Part shown: positions 7,711 through 16,777 of the stretch, piece after piece
How positions within the stretch are numbered: position 1 is the stretch's first letter
How the letters are laid out: the number at the start of each line of letters is the position of its first letter
Assembly (NCBI RefSeq): GCF_004376175.1
Contig: NZ_SNUY01000033.1
Location: 12,214 to 44,213 of the forward strand
Length of the DNA: 32,000 nucleotides
Direction: 5' to 3'
Source: Halalkalibacterium halodurans
GTDB taxonomy: Bacteria > Bacillota > Bacilli > Bacillales > Bacillaceae_D
Notes under the pieces: generated by a model
The model's database searches: none
Seen by the model: the letters and a program-made list of their open reading frames with translations, nothing else
Told to the model about the DNA's origin: nothing
Program-made: the position numbers and the translations under genes

Positions 7711-9759
7711 CTATTTGATAAGCGCATTTGTATCCACGATGAGTGCCACTTGGCCATTTCCAAGAATCGTTGCACCAGAGATTGCAAAAACATCAGTCAA
7801 GTAATCCCCAAGTGATTTAAGAACGATATCGTGTTGGCCAATTAATGAATCAACAACAAGTCCAGCAACCTTCTCCCCTTTATGTACGATCACAAGGGAA
7901 TAGAGTTCATCAGCCTCACGTTTTTCTGGAACAGCAAAAATGTCCGAGAGGAAGACAAGTGGAACGACTTTCCCTCTAAAGTCAATCACCTTTTGGTTGT
8001 GGGCACTATACACTTCATTTTTGTTCACAATGGCAGTCTCCACAATCGAGGAAAGTGGAATCGCATATTTCTCATCCGCAACCTCGACGAGCATCACATC
8101 AATGATGGACAAAGTGAGCGGCAATTGAATAGAGAAAAGAGAGCCTTTTCCGAGTTTTGAGGTGACACTCACAACCCCTCCAATCGATTCAAATGTGCTT
8201 TGCACAACATCAAGCCCTACGCCTCGACCAGAAATGTCTGTAATTTTTTCAGCCGTGCTAAAACCTGGAGCAAATAATAGCTGGAACACTTGGGAATCGT
8301 TCATTTTGGCGGCGTCCTCTTCTGTTACGACACCGTTTGTCAGCGCCTTTTGTAGCACTTTATCACGATCGATGCCGGCTCCGTCATCCTCGATTTCAAT
8401 AAATACATTGTTCCCACTATGGAATGCTCGGAGAATGACCGTCCCTTCCTCAGGCTTTCCTGCCGCACGCCGAACCTCAGGTGTTTCAATGCCGTGATCA
8501 ATTGAATTTCGAATGAGATGGACGAGGGGATCACCAATTTCATCAATAATTGTTCGGTCCAACTCTGTCTCTGCGCCAACAATTTCTAAGTTTACTTTCT
8601 TGTTCAATTCTTTCGACAAGCTACGAACCATCCGCGGGAAGCGATTGAACACTTGCTCCACTGGCATCATTCTCATATTTAAAATGATTTCTTGCAAATC
8701 ACCAGAAATTCTGGACATTCGCTCCACTGTTTCATTCAATTCATTTTGATTAAGTTCGCTCGCGATTTGCTCTAACCGCCCCCGATCGATGACTAGTTCT
8801 TCAAACAAGTTCATCAATACATCAAGCCGCTCAATATTGACCCGAACCGTTTTATTTACTTCCACGCCTTTTTTATCAGAAGGAGTCGTAGTTGCCGTTT
8901 TTTTCTCCGTCTGTTCTTCCGCTTTTTCAACGTCTACCTGCTTGTCCGATTGGGTGTGTTGCGTTTCTTTTAATGCTTGTAAGGCCTGTTTGTCGAGAGA
9001 GCAAATGTCGACAGCCGTAATTTCTGATACTTTTAAAATTCGCTGCCTCACTTCCTCGCCGTCCACTTTCGTAAGTAACGTTACTAGAAAGCGCTCATCA
9101 AATTTTTCCTCTTCTAGCTCTTCCGCAGAAGGTGTAGATTTGATCACTTCCCCCACTTGCTCAAGAACTTCAAACACCATAAATACTCGTGCTGCTTTAA
9201 GCAGCGTTTTCTCATCAAGAGTCACTTCAATTTGATAGGCTTGATACCCTTGTTCGAACGATTGATCCAAAACCGTCATTTCGAATTCATCGTACGACTC
9301 AATGATGGAACTACCTGAAAGCTCTAGTTGACCGGCAGCAGGACTCGGTGTGTGCACAGCTTTTCCAGCATCAGGAGTTTCCCCCTTCTCAATCTGCTCA
9401 AGCATCACGACGACTTTTGTAACATCTCGCTTTCCGTCTCCACCTGAAGCGATGTCACCAACCATCGCTTCTAAGTCGTCGACAGCCTCAAATACCACAT
9501 CAAGTACTTCTGAGGTTGCGTCTAACTTTTGATTTCGAATTAGATCGAGGACATTTTCCATGTTGTGTGTCAAGTGGGCTAAATCCTCAAAGCCCATCGT
9601 AGCAGCCATTCCTTTTAACGTATGAGCCGAACGAAAAATTTCCCCGACAATTGAAAGATCGCTAGGTGAAACTTCCAACTTCAATAAATTGTCATTGATT
9701 GCCTGTAAATGCTCCTGACTTTCATCAATAAATACTTCTAAATATTCAGAGTGACTCAA
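7711..9759 (-). CDS. cheA: Chemotaxis histidine kinase CheA
   Basis: 682 aa. It has an Hpt domain with SAHTLKGMAATMGF, a dimerisation region, an HATPase region (DDGAGID, GRGVGLDVV) and a C-terminal CheW-like domain. TTG start with GAGGTG 7 nt upstream. Confidence 0.95.
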   Translation of the reverse strand: MSHSEYLEVFIDESQEHLQAINDNLLKLEVSPSDLSIVGEIFRSAHTLKGMAATMGFEDLAHLTHNMENVLDLIRNQKLDATSEVLDVVFEAVDDLEAMVGDIASGGDGKRDVTKVVVMLEQIEKGETPDAGKAVHTPSPAAGQLELSGSSIIESYDEFEMTVLDQSFEQGYQAYQIEVTLDEKTLLKAARVFMVFEVLEQVGEVIKSTPSAEELEEEKFDERFLVTLLTKVDGEEVRQRILKVSEITAVDICSLDKQALQALKETQHTQSDKQVDVEKAEEQTEKKTATTTPSDKKGVEVNKTVRVNIERLDVLMNLFEELVIDRGRLEQIASELNQNELNETVERMSRISGDLQEIILNMRMMPVEQVFNRFPRMVRSLSKELNKKVNLEIVGAETELDRTIIDEIGDPLVHLIRNSIDHGIETPEVRRAAGKPEEGTVILRAFHSGNNVFIEIEDDGAGIDRDKVLQKALTNGVVTEEDAAKMNDSQVFQLLFAPGFSTAEKITDISGRGVGLDVVQSTFESIGGVVSVTSKLGKGSLFSIQLPLTLSIIDVMLVEVADEKYAIPLSSIVETAIVNKNEVYSAHNQKVIDFRGKVVPLVFLSDIFAVPEKREADELYSLVIVHKGEKVAGLVVDSLIGQHDIVLKSLGDYLTDVFAISGATILGNGQVALIVDTNALIK

Positions 9760-9918
9760 GATTTTTCACCTCGATACGTATAGTCCTAGAAGACATAATA
9801 CCATTTTACTAGATTATACATGAAACTTCTTTTATATTACCATAAATTTTGCGATTTCGAACGGTCACTCTCCATAAAAATAAGAAAAATAACCTAGGAT
9901 CTTTGGCATTGTCTTATT

Positions 9919-11550
9919 TTAGCTCAATAAATATTTTTTAAATTCAGAAAAGGTTAACGGCTTCGCATGATAATAGCCTTGGACAGTGTCACACTTTTTC
10001 TCCTTCAAAAAAGAAAGCTGTTTTTCCGTTTCAACACCTTCCGCAACGACAGTTAAATCGAGCTCATGACCTAGGTGAATGATCATTGAAATGATGGCTT
10101 CCACTTGAGAGTTCACGCCAATCTCTGCAATAAAGGATTTATCAATCTTTAACTTTTGAATAGGTAACTGGCTTATATATTGAAGCGAGCTATACCCTGT
10201 ACCAAAGTCATCGAGGCTTACTCGGATCCCTTGTGCCCTTAATTTTTGGAGTACTTTCATCGCACGATTCATATCTATTGTAATTCGCTCAGTGACTTCG
10301 ACCTCTAACAAAGAGGGGTCTAAACCATATTTGTTTAAGCTATCTAAAATCATATCGACAATGTCTGGTTGTAAAAACTGCCTTAAAGAAAGATTGACTG
10401 ACATTGGGACCGAACTAGCTTCTTTTTCAATAAGGAGCGCCTTTTGCTTACAAGCCTCATCCAACACCCACTTGCCGACAACTCCAATCAAACCAATTTC
10501 TTCAGCTACTGGGATAAAGAAATTTGGCCCTAACACTCCTAGAGCTGGATGATTCCAACGGACCAACACTTCTTCGCCACAATGCTCTCCCGTTGTCGTT
10601 TCAAAGATTGGTTGAAAGTAAAGCTCAAGCTCCTGATTTTCAACAGCTCGACGCAAATCATTTTCTAGCCGAAAAGGATGAATCCATTCGTCTTTCAACT
10701 CTTGGCAAAACCAGGAGACACAATTACCGCCTCGCGCTTTAGCATGTCGCAATGCGCGTTCTAATGAATTCCAGATCATCTCTACACTTTTTCCATCCAT
10801 TGGATAAACCGCTGCCCCGATGCTGGCGGTCATCGTAAACTGCACTTCATCCACTTGAAATGGCTGCTGAATGATAGAGGAAATATAAGTTGCCAACGTT
10901 TCCTTTTTTGGCAGCTCCCCTTTGATCGCAGCACAGGCAATAAATTCATCTCCACTCACCCGTGCGATCCATTGCTGATTCGGTAGTTGCCAAAGCAACC
11001 TCCTAACGAGTGTTTGCAACACTTGATCACCATAACCTTCCCCTAACGAATCATTGACGAGCTTAAAACGGTCCAAATTAATAAGGAAAAGCACATACGT
11101 CTCTGCCTGATTTTCCTGAAAGGTACGTTCCATTAGGCGTGGAACTTCTTGACGAATCGGCACCCCTGTTAACGGATCCATCCCCTTGTCGATCAAAGGA
11201 GCAATGAACGCAATCACCTGCTTGTCAGGAAGAAGCTGCAAAGAGAGGCAAAAGGTTTCAAAGGTTTCTCCATTTCGTTTAATGAGTTCGACTTTCTCCA
11301 CCTGCGATATTTTATTGACGGTAGCCAATGCTAAATAAAGAGATTCTCGACACTCTGATTCAAACAGTTGAAACACACTGCTTCTCTGATTTTGCTCCCA
11401 GTCAACACGAAGGGTTTCCATCGCACCTTCATTCATATTTAATAAGGCTCCCTCTTCATCCATCGTAAACATCGGTAACGGGACGTGGGCATATAAAATC
11501 GACTCTAGGTCTTTATGGAATGGTCTTGATTCGTTGGATTGGTTAGGCAT
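9919..11550 (-). CDS. PAS - degenerate GGDEF (SGDEF) - EAL signalling protein, probable c-di-GMP phosphodiesterase
   Basis: 543 aa with an N-terminal PAS-like region. The GGDEF domain reads ARVSGDEFIA. The EAL domain carries EEVLVRW, SVNLS, EVEVTE, DDFGTGYSSL, KIDKSF, EGVET and QGYY. Confidence 0.9.
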   Translation of the reverse strand: MPNQSNESRPFHKDLESILYAHVPLPMFTMDEEGALLNMNEGAMETLRVDWEQNQRSSVFQLFESECRESLYLALATVNKISQVEKVELIKRNGETFETFCLSLQLLPDKQVIAFIAPLIDKGMDPLTGVPIRQEVPRLMERTFQENQAETYVLFLINLDRFKLVNDSLGEGYGDQVLQTLVRRLLWQLPNQQWIARVSGDEFIACAAIKGELPKKETLATYISSIIQQPFQVDEVQFTMTASIGAAVYPMDGKSVEMIWNSLERALRHAKARGGNCVSWFCQELKDEWIHPFRLENDLRRAVENQELELYFQPIFETTTGEHCGEEVLVRWNHPALGVLGPNFFIPVAEEIGLIGVVGKWVLDEACKQKALLIEKEASSVPMSVNLSLRQFLQPDIVDMILDSLNKYGLDPSLLEVEVTERITIDMNRAMKVLQKLRAQGIRVSLDDFGTGYSSLQYISQLPIQKLKIDKSFIAEIGVNSQVEAIISMIIHLGHELDLTVVAEGVETEKQLSFLKEKKCDTVQGYYHAKPLTFSEFKKYLLS

Positions 11551-11588
11551 ACGTGCATCCCCTATCGTATGTATTGGTTTCTAAAGCT

Positions 11589-12419
11589 CTAGTTTTTGAA
11601 CAATTCAACAACTGAACGAATGACAGTTAAATGGTCATGAGCAACTTCTGACGCTCTTTGGGGATGGATGTAAATGCCTTGCATGCCTAGTGTTAACGCT
11701 TGAGCGATCTCATTCATAAAATTATCCCCAACAGAGACAACTTGACTCATGTCCACTTCATACTGATGCACCACCTCTTTAAATATATCGGTCGTTCGCG
11801 TCGGTTTTTTTGCTGATGTTATAATATGGTTAAATACATCATGTAAATGAAGCTCATGTAGCAAGCGCTGAACATCTTCTCGGTCACTGTTCGTCACAAG
11901 GACGATTTCTTTTGTCGCCTTTAATTCAATCAATCCTTCACGCAAACCAGGAAGAGGAGTTAACTCAAACTCATCCGTCACCATATATTCTTTTGTCGCA
12001 ACATAGCTTGCATAACAATCTTCGACACCATAATGCTTTGCTGTGACAAATGGATACCACCAGCCATCACCAACTGCAATGATGGTTTCAAAATCAAATG
12101 AAACAGGATCAGAATAAAGCGTCTCCCATTCTTCAGCTGGTACGTATGAGCCATCCCATGTTTGAACTGATTGGACAGAGATCGTCATTGGGTCAATCGT
12201 CAAAATATAATCACGTTTCACATCATATCCTTTTCCGATTTGAACAGGATGATGCCCATCTTTCATCGCCGTATAATCGCGCCAAAAATCTAACTGCTGG
12301 CTCTGCGGGACGTTTTGCTTTAAGTGGTTCGCATAATAATCAAAATGGTCTGTTCCTTCATATAATGTGCCATCCAAATCAAAAATGACAAGCTTACTTG
12401 ACTTCAACACTGGATTCAT
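11589..12419 (-). CDS. HAD-superfamily hydrolase with a large cap insertion
   Basis: Motif I is VIFDLDGTLYEG. The later motifs are VLVTNS and SVGDNFMNE. SD GAGGGA lies 9 nt upstream. Only 38 nt separate it from the next gene. Confidence 0.8.
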   Translation of the reverse strand: MNPVLKSSKLVIFDLDGTLYEGTDHFDYYANHLKQNVPQSQQLDFWRDYTAMKDGHHPVQIGKGYDVKRDYILTIDPMTISVQSVQTWDGSYVPAEEWETLYSDPVSFDFETIIAVGDGWWYPFVTAKHYGVEDCYASYVATKEYMVTDEFELTPLPGLREGLIELKATKEIVLVTNSDREDVQRLLHELHLHDVFNHIITSAKKPTRTTDIFKEVVHQYEVDMSQVVSVGDNFMNEIAQALTLGMQGIYIHPQRASEVAHDHLTVIRSVVELFKN

Positions 12420-12540
12420 ATCTTTTGTTCCCTCACTTCATCTAAAAGTTCCTTATTAAGATCACTATAAGTTTTTACGACAAATCAAGCAAATAACTTT
12501 ATCAAAAAAACGAATTTACGAATTACTTTATTAAAATAAT

Positions 12541-12628
12541 GTAAAGTTAACATGTGAAAACGATGAACTTTGTGAATTCCGTAAAGTTACAAAATTCGCT
12601 AGCAATCTATTACACAATCTTATATAAT
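12541..12628 (+). promoter_or_regulatory. Candidate phnD promoter region with repeated TTAACA-like hexamers (possible Pho boxes)
   Basis: TATAAT at 12623-12628 with no good -35. There are hexamers TTAACA (12547), TTACAA (12587) and TTACAC (12610). GTAAAGTTA occurs twice, 40 bp apart. Confidence 0.3.
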
Positions 12629-12676
12629 TCAACTGTAACAAACTTTAAAAATACATAAAAAAAGGGGTTTTACAAA

Positions 12677-13618
12677 ATGAAAAAAATGCTTTACTTTTTG
12701 GGAGTAAGCATGCTTGTTTTTGTCCTTGCTGCATGTGGAACTTCTGACGACGGCGACACAGCAGGATCTGGAGAGGCAGATGGCGCCGATGAAGCTGGTG
12801 AAATGCCGTCAGAGCTTATTATGGGATTTGTTCCATCCAGCGAATCTGATCAAATTGCCGATACTGTAGAGCCACTTGCTGAGCGTCTTTCTGAAGAGCT
12901 CGGTATTCCAGTTAGTGGACAAGTCATGACAAATTACACTGGCCTTGTTGAAGCCATGGGCAACGATCAAGTACACATTGGTTTCATTCCTGCATTCGGT
13001 TATGTCCTTGCAACCGATCGCTATCCTCAAGTCGAAGTCATCCTCAAGTCTGTCCGTAACGGCAGCGGTACATACCGTGCACAATATACCGTTCTTGCAG
13101 ATTCCGATATTGAATCGATCGAAGACCTTGAAGGAAAAGTTTGGGTGTATAGTGACCTTGCATCAACGTCAGGATACTTATTCCCTGCCGCTCAATTAGT
13201 GACAGAATACGATGTCCCTGCTGATGGAATTGATTCATTTTTCGGTAATCAAATTCAAGCGGGTAGCCATGACAATGCCCTCATCACTGTTTTAGAAGGC
13301 GGTGCTGATGTGGCGACAACGTTTGAAGACGCCCGTGAAATCATCGAAGGCGACTATCCTGAAGCGATGGAAGATCTTCGTGTTATCGGATATACAGAAG
13401 AAATTCCAAACGACACTATTTCTGTTCTGAATACACTTCCTCAAGAGTTAATCGACCAAATTCGTGACGTATTCCTTTCATTCAATGAAGATGAAGACAT
13501 GATCAAGATTTTGAATGACGTTTATCGTTGGGATGCTATTGAAGAAGCATCTGATGATGAATACGATATCGTTCGCGAAACGTATGAGCTATTCTCTGAC
13601 CAAGTGTCATTAGATTAA
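12677..13618 (+). CDS. phnD: Phosphonate/phosphite ABC transporter substrate-binding lipoprotein
   Basis: Signal peptide with lipobox LAAC. PhnD-type periplasmic-binding fold sequence. Followed by phnC and two phnE genes. Confidence 0.85.
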   Translation: MKKMLYFLGVSMLVFVLAACGTSDDGDTAGSGEADGADEAGEMPSELIMGFVPSSESDQIADTVEPLAERLSEELGIPVSGQVMTNYTGLVEAMGNDQVHIGFIPAFGYVLATDRYPQVEVILKSVRNGSGTYRAQYTVLADSDIESIEDLEGKVWVYSDLASTSGYLFPAAQLVTEYDVPADGIDSFFGNQIQAGSHDNALITVLEGGADVATTFEDAREIIEGDYPEAMEDLRVIGYTEEIPNDTISVLNTLPQELIDQIRDVFLSFNEDEDMIKILNDVYRWDAIEEASDDEYDIVRETYELFSDQVSLD

Positions 13619-13651
13619 CGATCCAGCTCAAAGCTGCTTTTTAGACAAAGA

Positions 13652-13684
13652 AGAAGGGGAGTGGGTACCTCCCCTTCTCTTTTG
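13652..13684 (+). terminator. Intra-operon rho-independent terminator or attenuator between phnD and phnC
   Basis: Perfect 10-bp stem AGAAGGGGAG / CTCCCCTTCT, loop TGGGTAC, then CTTTTG. Confidence 0.75.
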
Positions 13685-13736
13685 TATGTAGGCGTTTGTC
13701 ACTTTACTAGCATTTATGAAATGAGGGAAATGTCCG

Positions 13737-14513
13737 ATGATAGAGTTTAAAAATGTGTCTCTCGTCTATCCAAACGGAACACAAGGGTTAAAAGGTGTAA
13801 ACTTAAAAATTAACGAAGGAGAGTTTGTCGTCATTGTTGGCCTTTCTGGTGCCGGGAAATCCACGCTCATACGCAGCATGAATCGACTTGTCACCCCAAC
13901 CGAAGGCGAACTTCTTATTGATGGTGAAAACATTCTTCCCTATTCTTCAAGACAGTTACGTAAGCTTCGCACAAAGGTCGGCATGATCTTTCAAAACTAC
14001 AACCTTGTCAAACGTTCATCTGTGATGAAAAATGTCATTTCTGGCCGCCTCGGTCATGTTGGAACGTTCGCAAGCCTTTTAAACCTTTATCCGAAGGAAG
14101 ATGTGGCACTTGCGTATCGCAGCTTGCAACGGGTTAACATTGCCGAAAAAGTGTATCAACGGGCCGATCAACTGAGTGGTGGTCAACAGCAGCGTGTCGC
14201 AATTGCTCGCGTGTTGACCCAGCAACCAAAAATAATTTTAGCCGACGAGCCTGTGGCAAGTCTTGATCCGCCGACTTCTCATCAAGTGATGACCTATTTA
14301 CGCAAGATCAACAAGGAAGATAAAATTACAACGATTGTCAATTTGCATTTCATCGACATGGCGATGGAATATGCGGATCGAATTATTGGTATGCGTGCAG
14401 GTGAGGTCGTATTTGATGGACCTGCTAGTGAAGTGAGCGAGGAAACGTTCGAGGAAATTTACGGTAGAAAAATTCGTGAAGATGACCTAGTAGGAGGTCA
14501 GGACAATGAGTAA
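13737..14513 (+). CDS. phnC: Phosphonate ABC transporter ATP-binding protein
   Basis: Walker A GLSGAGKST, signature LSGGQQQR, Walker B ILADEP, and a PhnC-like N-terminus MIEFKNVSLVYPNG. Confidence 0.9.
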   Translation: MIEFKNVSLVYPNGTQGLKGVNLKINEGEFVVIVGLSGAGKSTLIRSMNRLVTPTEGELLIDGENILPYSSRQLRKLRTKVGMIFQNYNLVKRSSVMKNVISGRLGHVGTFASLLNLYPKEDVALAYRSLQRVNIAEKVYQRADQLSGGQQQRVAIARVLTQQPKIILADEPVASLDPPTSHQVMTYLRKINKEDKITTIVNLHFIDMAMEYADRIIGMRAGEVVFDGPASEVSEETFEEIYGRKIREDDLVGGQDNE

Positions 14514-15297
14514 GCAAGAGGTTAAAGGAGTCATCTCGTCCAAGGCGAAGCTCCGGATGACCGTGCTCCTCGTTGCCATCGTCGGCATGTACGTGTTTAC
14601 ATCGGCACGAACAGGGTCTTCGATCCCTGATTTAATTTCAGGCTCTCCGCGTATTTTCTCTATGTTCGCAGAGTTGTTCCCACCGAACTGGGGATATGCC
14701 TCTCAAGTGTGGGGGTACTTGGCAGAGACTGTGCAAATGGCAATCATCGCGACAACCGTGGCAGCCATCATTTCCATTCCGATTAGCTTGCTATCAGCGG
14801 CAAACTTGTTTCCAAATCGGACCATTCATATGCCCGTTCGCTTTATTATGAATGTCTTACGGACGATTCCTGACATCTTATTAGCGGTCATTTTCGTTGG
14901 CATTTTTGGAATCGGTGTCTTTTCTGGAATTATGGCCCTTATTATTTTCTCGCTTGGCTTATTAGCGAAGCTCTTGTATGAGACGATTGAAGCGATCGAT
15001 CTCAATCCGCTTGAGGCGATTCGTGCATCAGGAGGCAACACCATTCAAGTCATTTGGTATGCTGTCATGCCACAAGTCCTCCCTCAGTTTGTTTCGTTTA
15101 GCTTATATGTATTTGAAGTCAACGTGCGGGCGTCGGTTGTGCTTGGATTCGTTGGTGCTGGTGGAATCGGTTTGATTCTTCAACAGCAGCTCGGTTTTTT
15201 CAATTATCCAAACGTTTCCACGATCATTCTCATTATTTTCGCCGCCGTCGTTGTCATTGATTACATTAGTAATAAGATTAGGGAGGGACTTGTCTAA
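14506..15297 (+). CDS. phnE: Phosphonate ABC transporter permease
   Basis: 263-aa polytopic protein with a PhnE-type EAIRASGG loop. Overlaps phnC by 8 nt. Confidence 0.85.
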   Translation: MSKQEVKGVISSKAKLRMTVLLVAIVGMYVFTSARTGSSIPDLISGSPRIFSMFAELFPPNWGYASQVWGYLAETVQMAIIATTVAAIISIPISLLSAANLFPNRTIHMPVRFIMNVLRTIPDILLAVIFVGIFGIGVFSGIMALIIFSLGLLAKLLYETIEAIDLNPLEAIRASGGNTIQVIWYAVMPQVLPQFVSFSLYVFEVNVRASVVLGFVGAGGIGLILQQQLGFFNYPNVSTIILIIFAAVVVIDYISNKIREGLV

Positions 15298-16097
15298 TGA
15301 ACCTTACGTTACCTCCAAAAAAACCGCGTTCTGCTGCGAAAACGATTCGTAACATTGCCGTTGCGATCGCGGTCATTGCGATTTATACTTGGACGTTTAC
15401 CTCTATTAATATTGATTGGGGACGCATCTTTAGTGAACGAACAATCGAAAACATGGGGCGAGTGATTCCGCAACTATTTTCTCCTGACTGGCTCACCTAT
15501 TCCAAGGTATTAAACGCGATGATGGAAACGTTGGCAATGGCTTATACCGGAACGTTGATGGCTGCCATTCTAGCAATTCCATTTGGCTTTTTTGCAGCCA
15601 GTAATATGGTAAAAAATAAGTTTTTCAACACGTTATCGAAGTGGGCTTTAGATGCAATCCGTGCATTTCCAGAATTAATGCTCGCGATCATTTTTATCGC
15701 AGCCGTCGGTCCATCGCCGTTTGCTGGGGTCTTAGCCATCGCGATTGGCTCGATCGGGATGCTCGGGAAGCTTTACTGCGAAGTGATTGAATCGATTGAT
15801 ATGAACGTCGTCGAAGCTCTTGAGGCCAACGGTGCAAATAAGCTACAAGTTCTCGTGTATGGGATCGTTCCACAAATCCTTCCAGAATTTCTATCCTACG
15901 CGATTTATCGATTTGAAATCGATGTTCGTGCCTCCACGATCTTAGGGATCGTCGGTGCCGGGGGGATCGGGATGCTCGTTTCGATTGCGACGCAAAACCG
16001 AAACTGGGATGAAGTCGGAATGATTCTTCTCGTCATCATCATTGTCGTCACATTGATTGATTACATTAGTGCGGCGATCCGTAAGCGAATTGTTTAA
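15297..16097 (+). CDS. phnE: Phosphonate ABC transporter permease (second copy)
   Basis: 266 aa, paralogous to the previous gene (EALEANGA loop). TAATG stop/start overlap. Confidence 0.85.
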   Translation: MNLTLPPKKPRSAAKTIRNIAVAIAVIAIYTWTFTSINIDWGRIFSERTIENMGRVIPQLFSPDWLTYSKVLNAMMETLAMAYTGTLMAAILAIPFGFFAASNMVKNKFFNTLSKWALDAIRAFPELMLAIIFIAAVGPSPFAGVLAIAIGSIGMLGKLYCEVIESIDMNVVEALEANGANKLQVLVYGIVPQILPEFLSYAIYRFEIDVRASTILGIVGAGGIGMLVSIATQNRNWDEVGMILLVIIIVVTLIDYISAAIRKRIV

Positions 16098-16175
16098 CTT
16101 AACATCCGTGCATCACGAAGCTAGGCATCGGAATCTTCCTTTGCCTGGCTTCTTCTTTCGAAAGGAGGACTTTTC

Positions 16176-16532
16176 ATGCTTTATATCGTAAAAAAGAGAC
16201 ATCGCACGAATTACCCAAACCCGATTACGCTTGTGAAGGGACAATCTGTCCATATAGGCGAACAATATAGCGGCTCTGAGCCTTGGGAACACTGGTATTT
16301 CTGTCAAACAGCGGATGGTAGTTTAAAAGGCTGGGTTCCGAAGCAACTGCTTGCGATCGAAGGCTCAAAAGGAGTAGCATTGGACGACTATACAGCGACA
16401 GAACTAAACGTGGACGTAGGAGAAATCGTAGTGAAGCTAAAAGAGCTAAACGGCTGGATTTGGTGTCGTCAGCAAACGAGCGGTGAAGTCGGCTGGATTC
16501 CGAAAGAAAACGTGGAGAAACGAGTTAAATAA
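16176..16532 (+). CDS. SH3 domain-containing protein
   Basis: 118 aa with two SH3-like segments (GWVPKQLL and GWIPKENV). SD AAAGGAGG 7 nt upstream. Confidence 0.65.
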   Translation: MLYIVKKRHRTNYPNPITLVKGQSVHIGEQYSGSEPWEHWYFCQTADGSLKGWVPKQLLAIEGSKGVALDDYTATELNVDVGEIVVKLKELNGWIWCRQQTSGEVGWIPKENVEKRVK

Positions 16533-16727
16533 TGAGAGTTTTTTCTTTTCTGTCCTCACTATATGCATTTAGAACCTTTTAAGGATAAGACTCTACTGAA
16601 GCTAAACCTGAAATCTACAAATGGTTGTTTCTATACTAAAGGAAACTACTACTAAACTCGAGCTGTTTCACGACCTCACTTCATTTTTTACTAGACCATT
16701 AGTACCCTTTCCAACTCTATTTATTAT

Positions 16728-16754
16728 GGCAGCACCTTGGCTACGGATGCTGCC
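16728..16754. terminator. Hairpin in the convergent gap, possible terminator
   Basis: GGCAGCA / TGCTGCC stem, extendable with one bulge. TTTGACAGTTT follows on the plus strand. There is no U-tract on the minus strand. Confidence 0.3.
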
Positions 16755-16777
16755 TTTGACAGTTTCACTGAGGCGGG

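Noticed and set aside
9760-9918. A SigD-type promoter (TAAA-N15-GCCGATAT) or intrinsic terminator between the GGDEF-EAL gene and cheA.
   Set aside because: Neither pattern is present. There is only a TATAAT with a poor -35 and a CCTAGG palindrome too short to form a hairpin.
11589-12419. The HAD hydrolase as phosphonoacetaldehyde hydrolase (PhnX), because it lies next to phnDCEE.
   Set aside because: It is divergently transcribed. Its motif I context (FDLDGTLYEG) and large cap insertion do not resemble PhnX as I remember it. It is also co-oriented, and probably co-transcribed, with the GGDEF-EAL gene.
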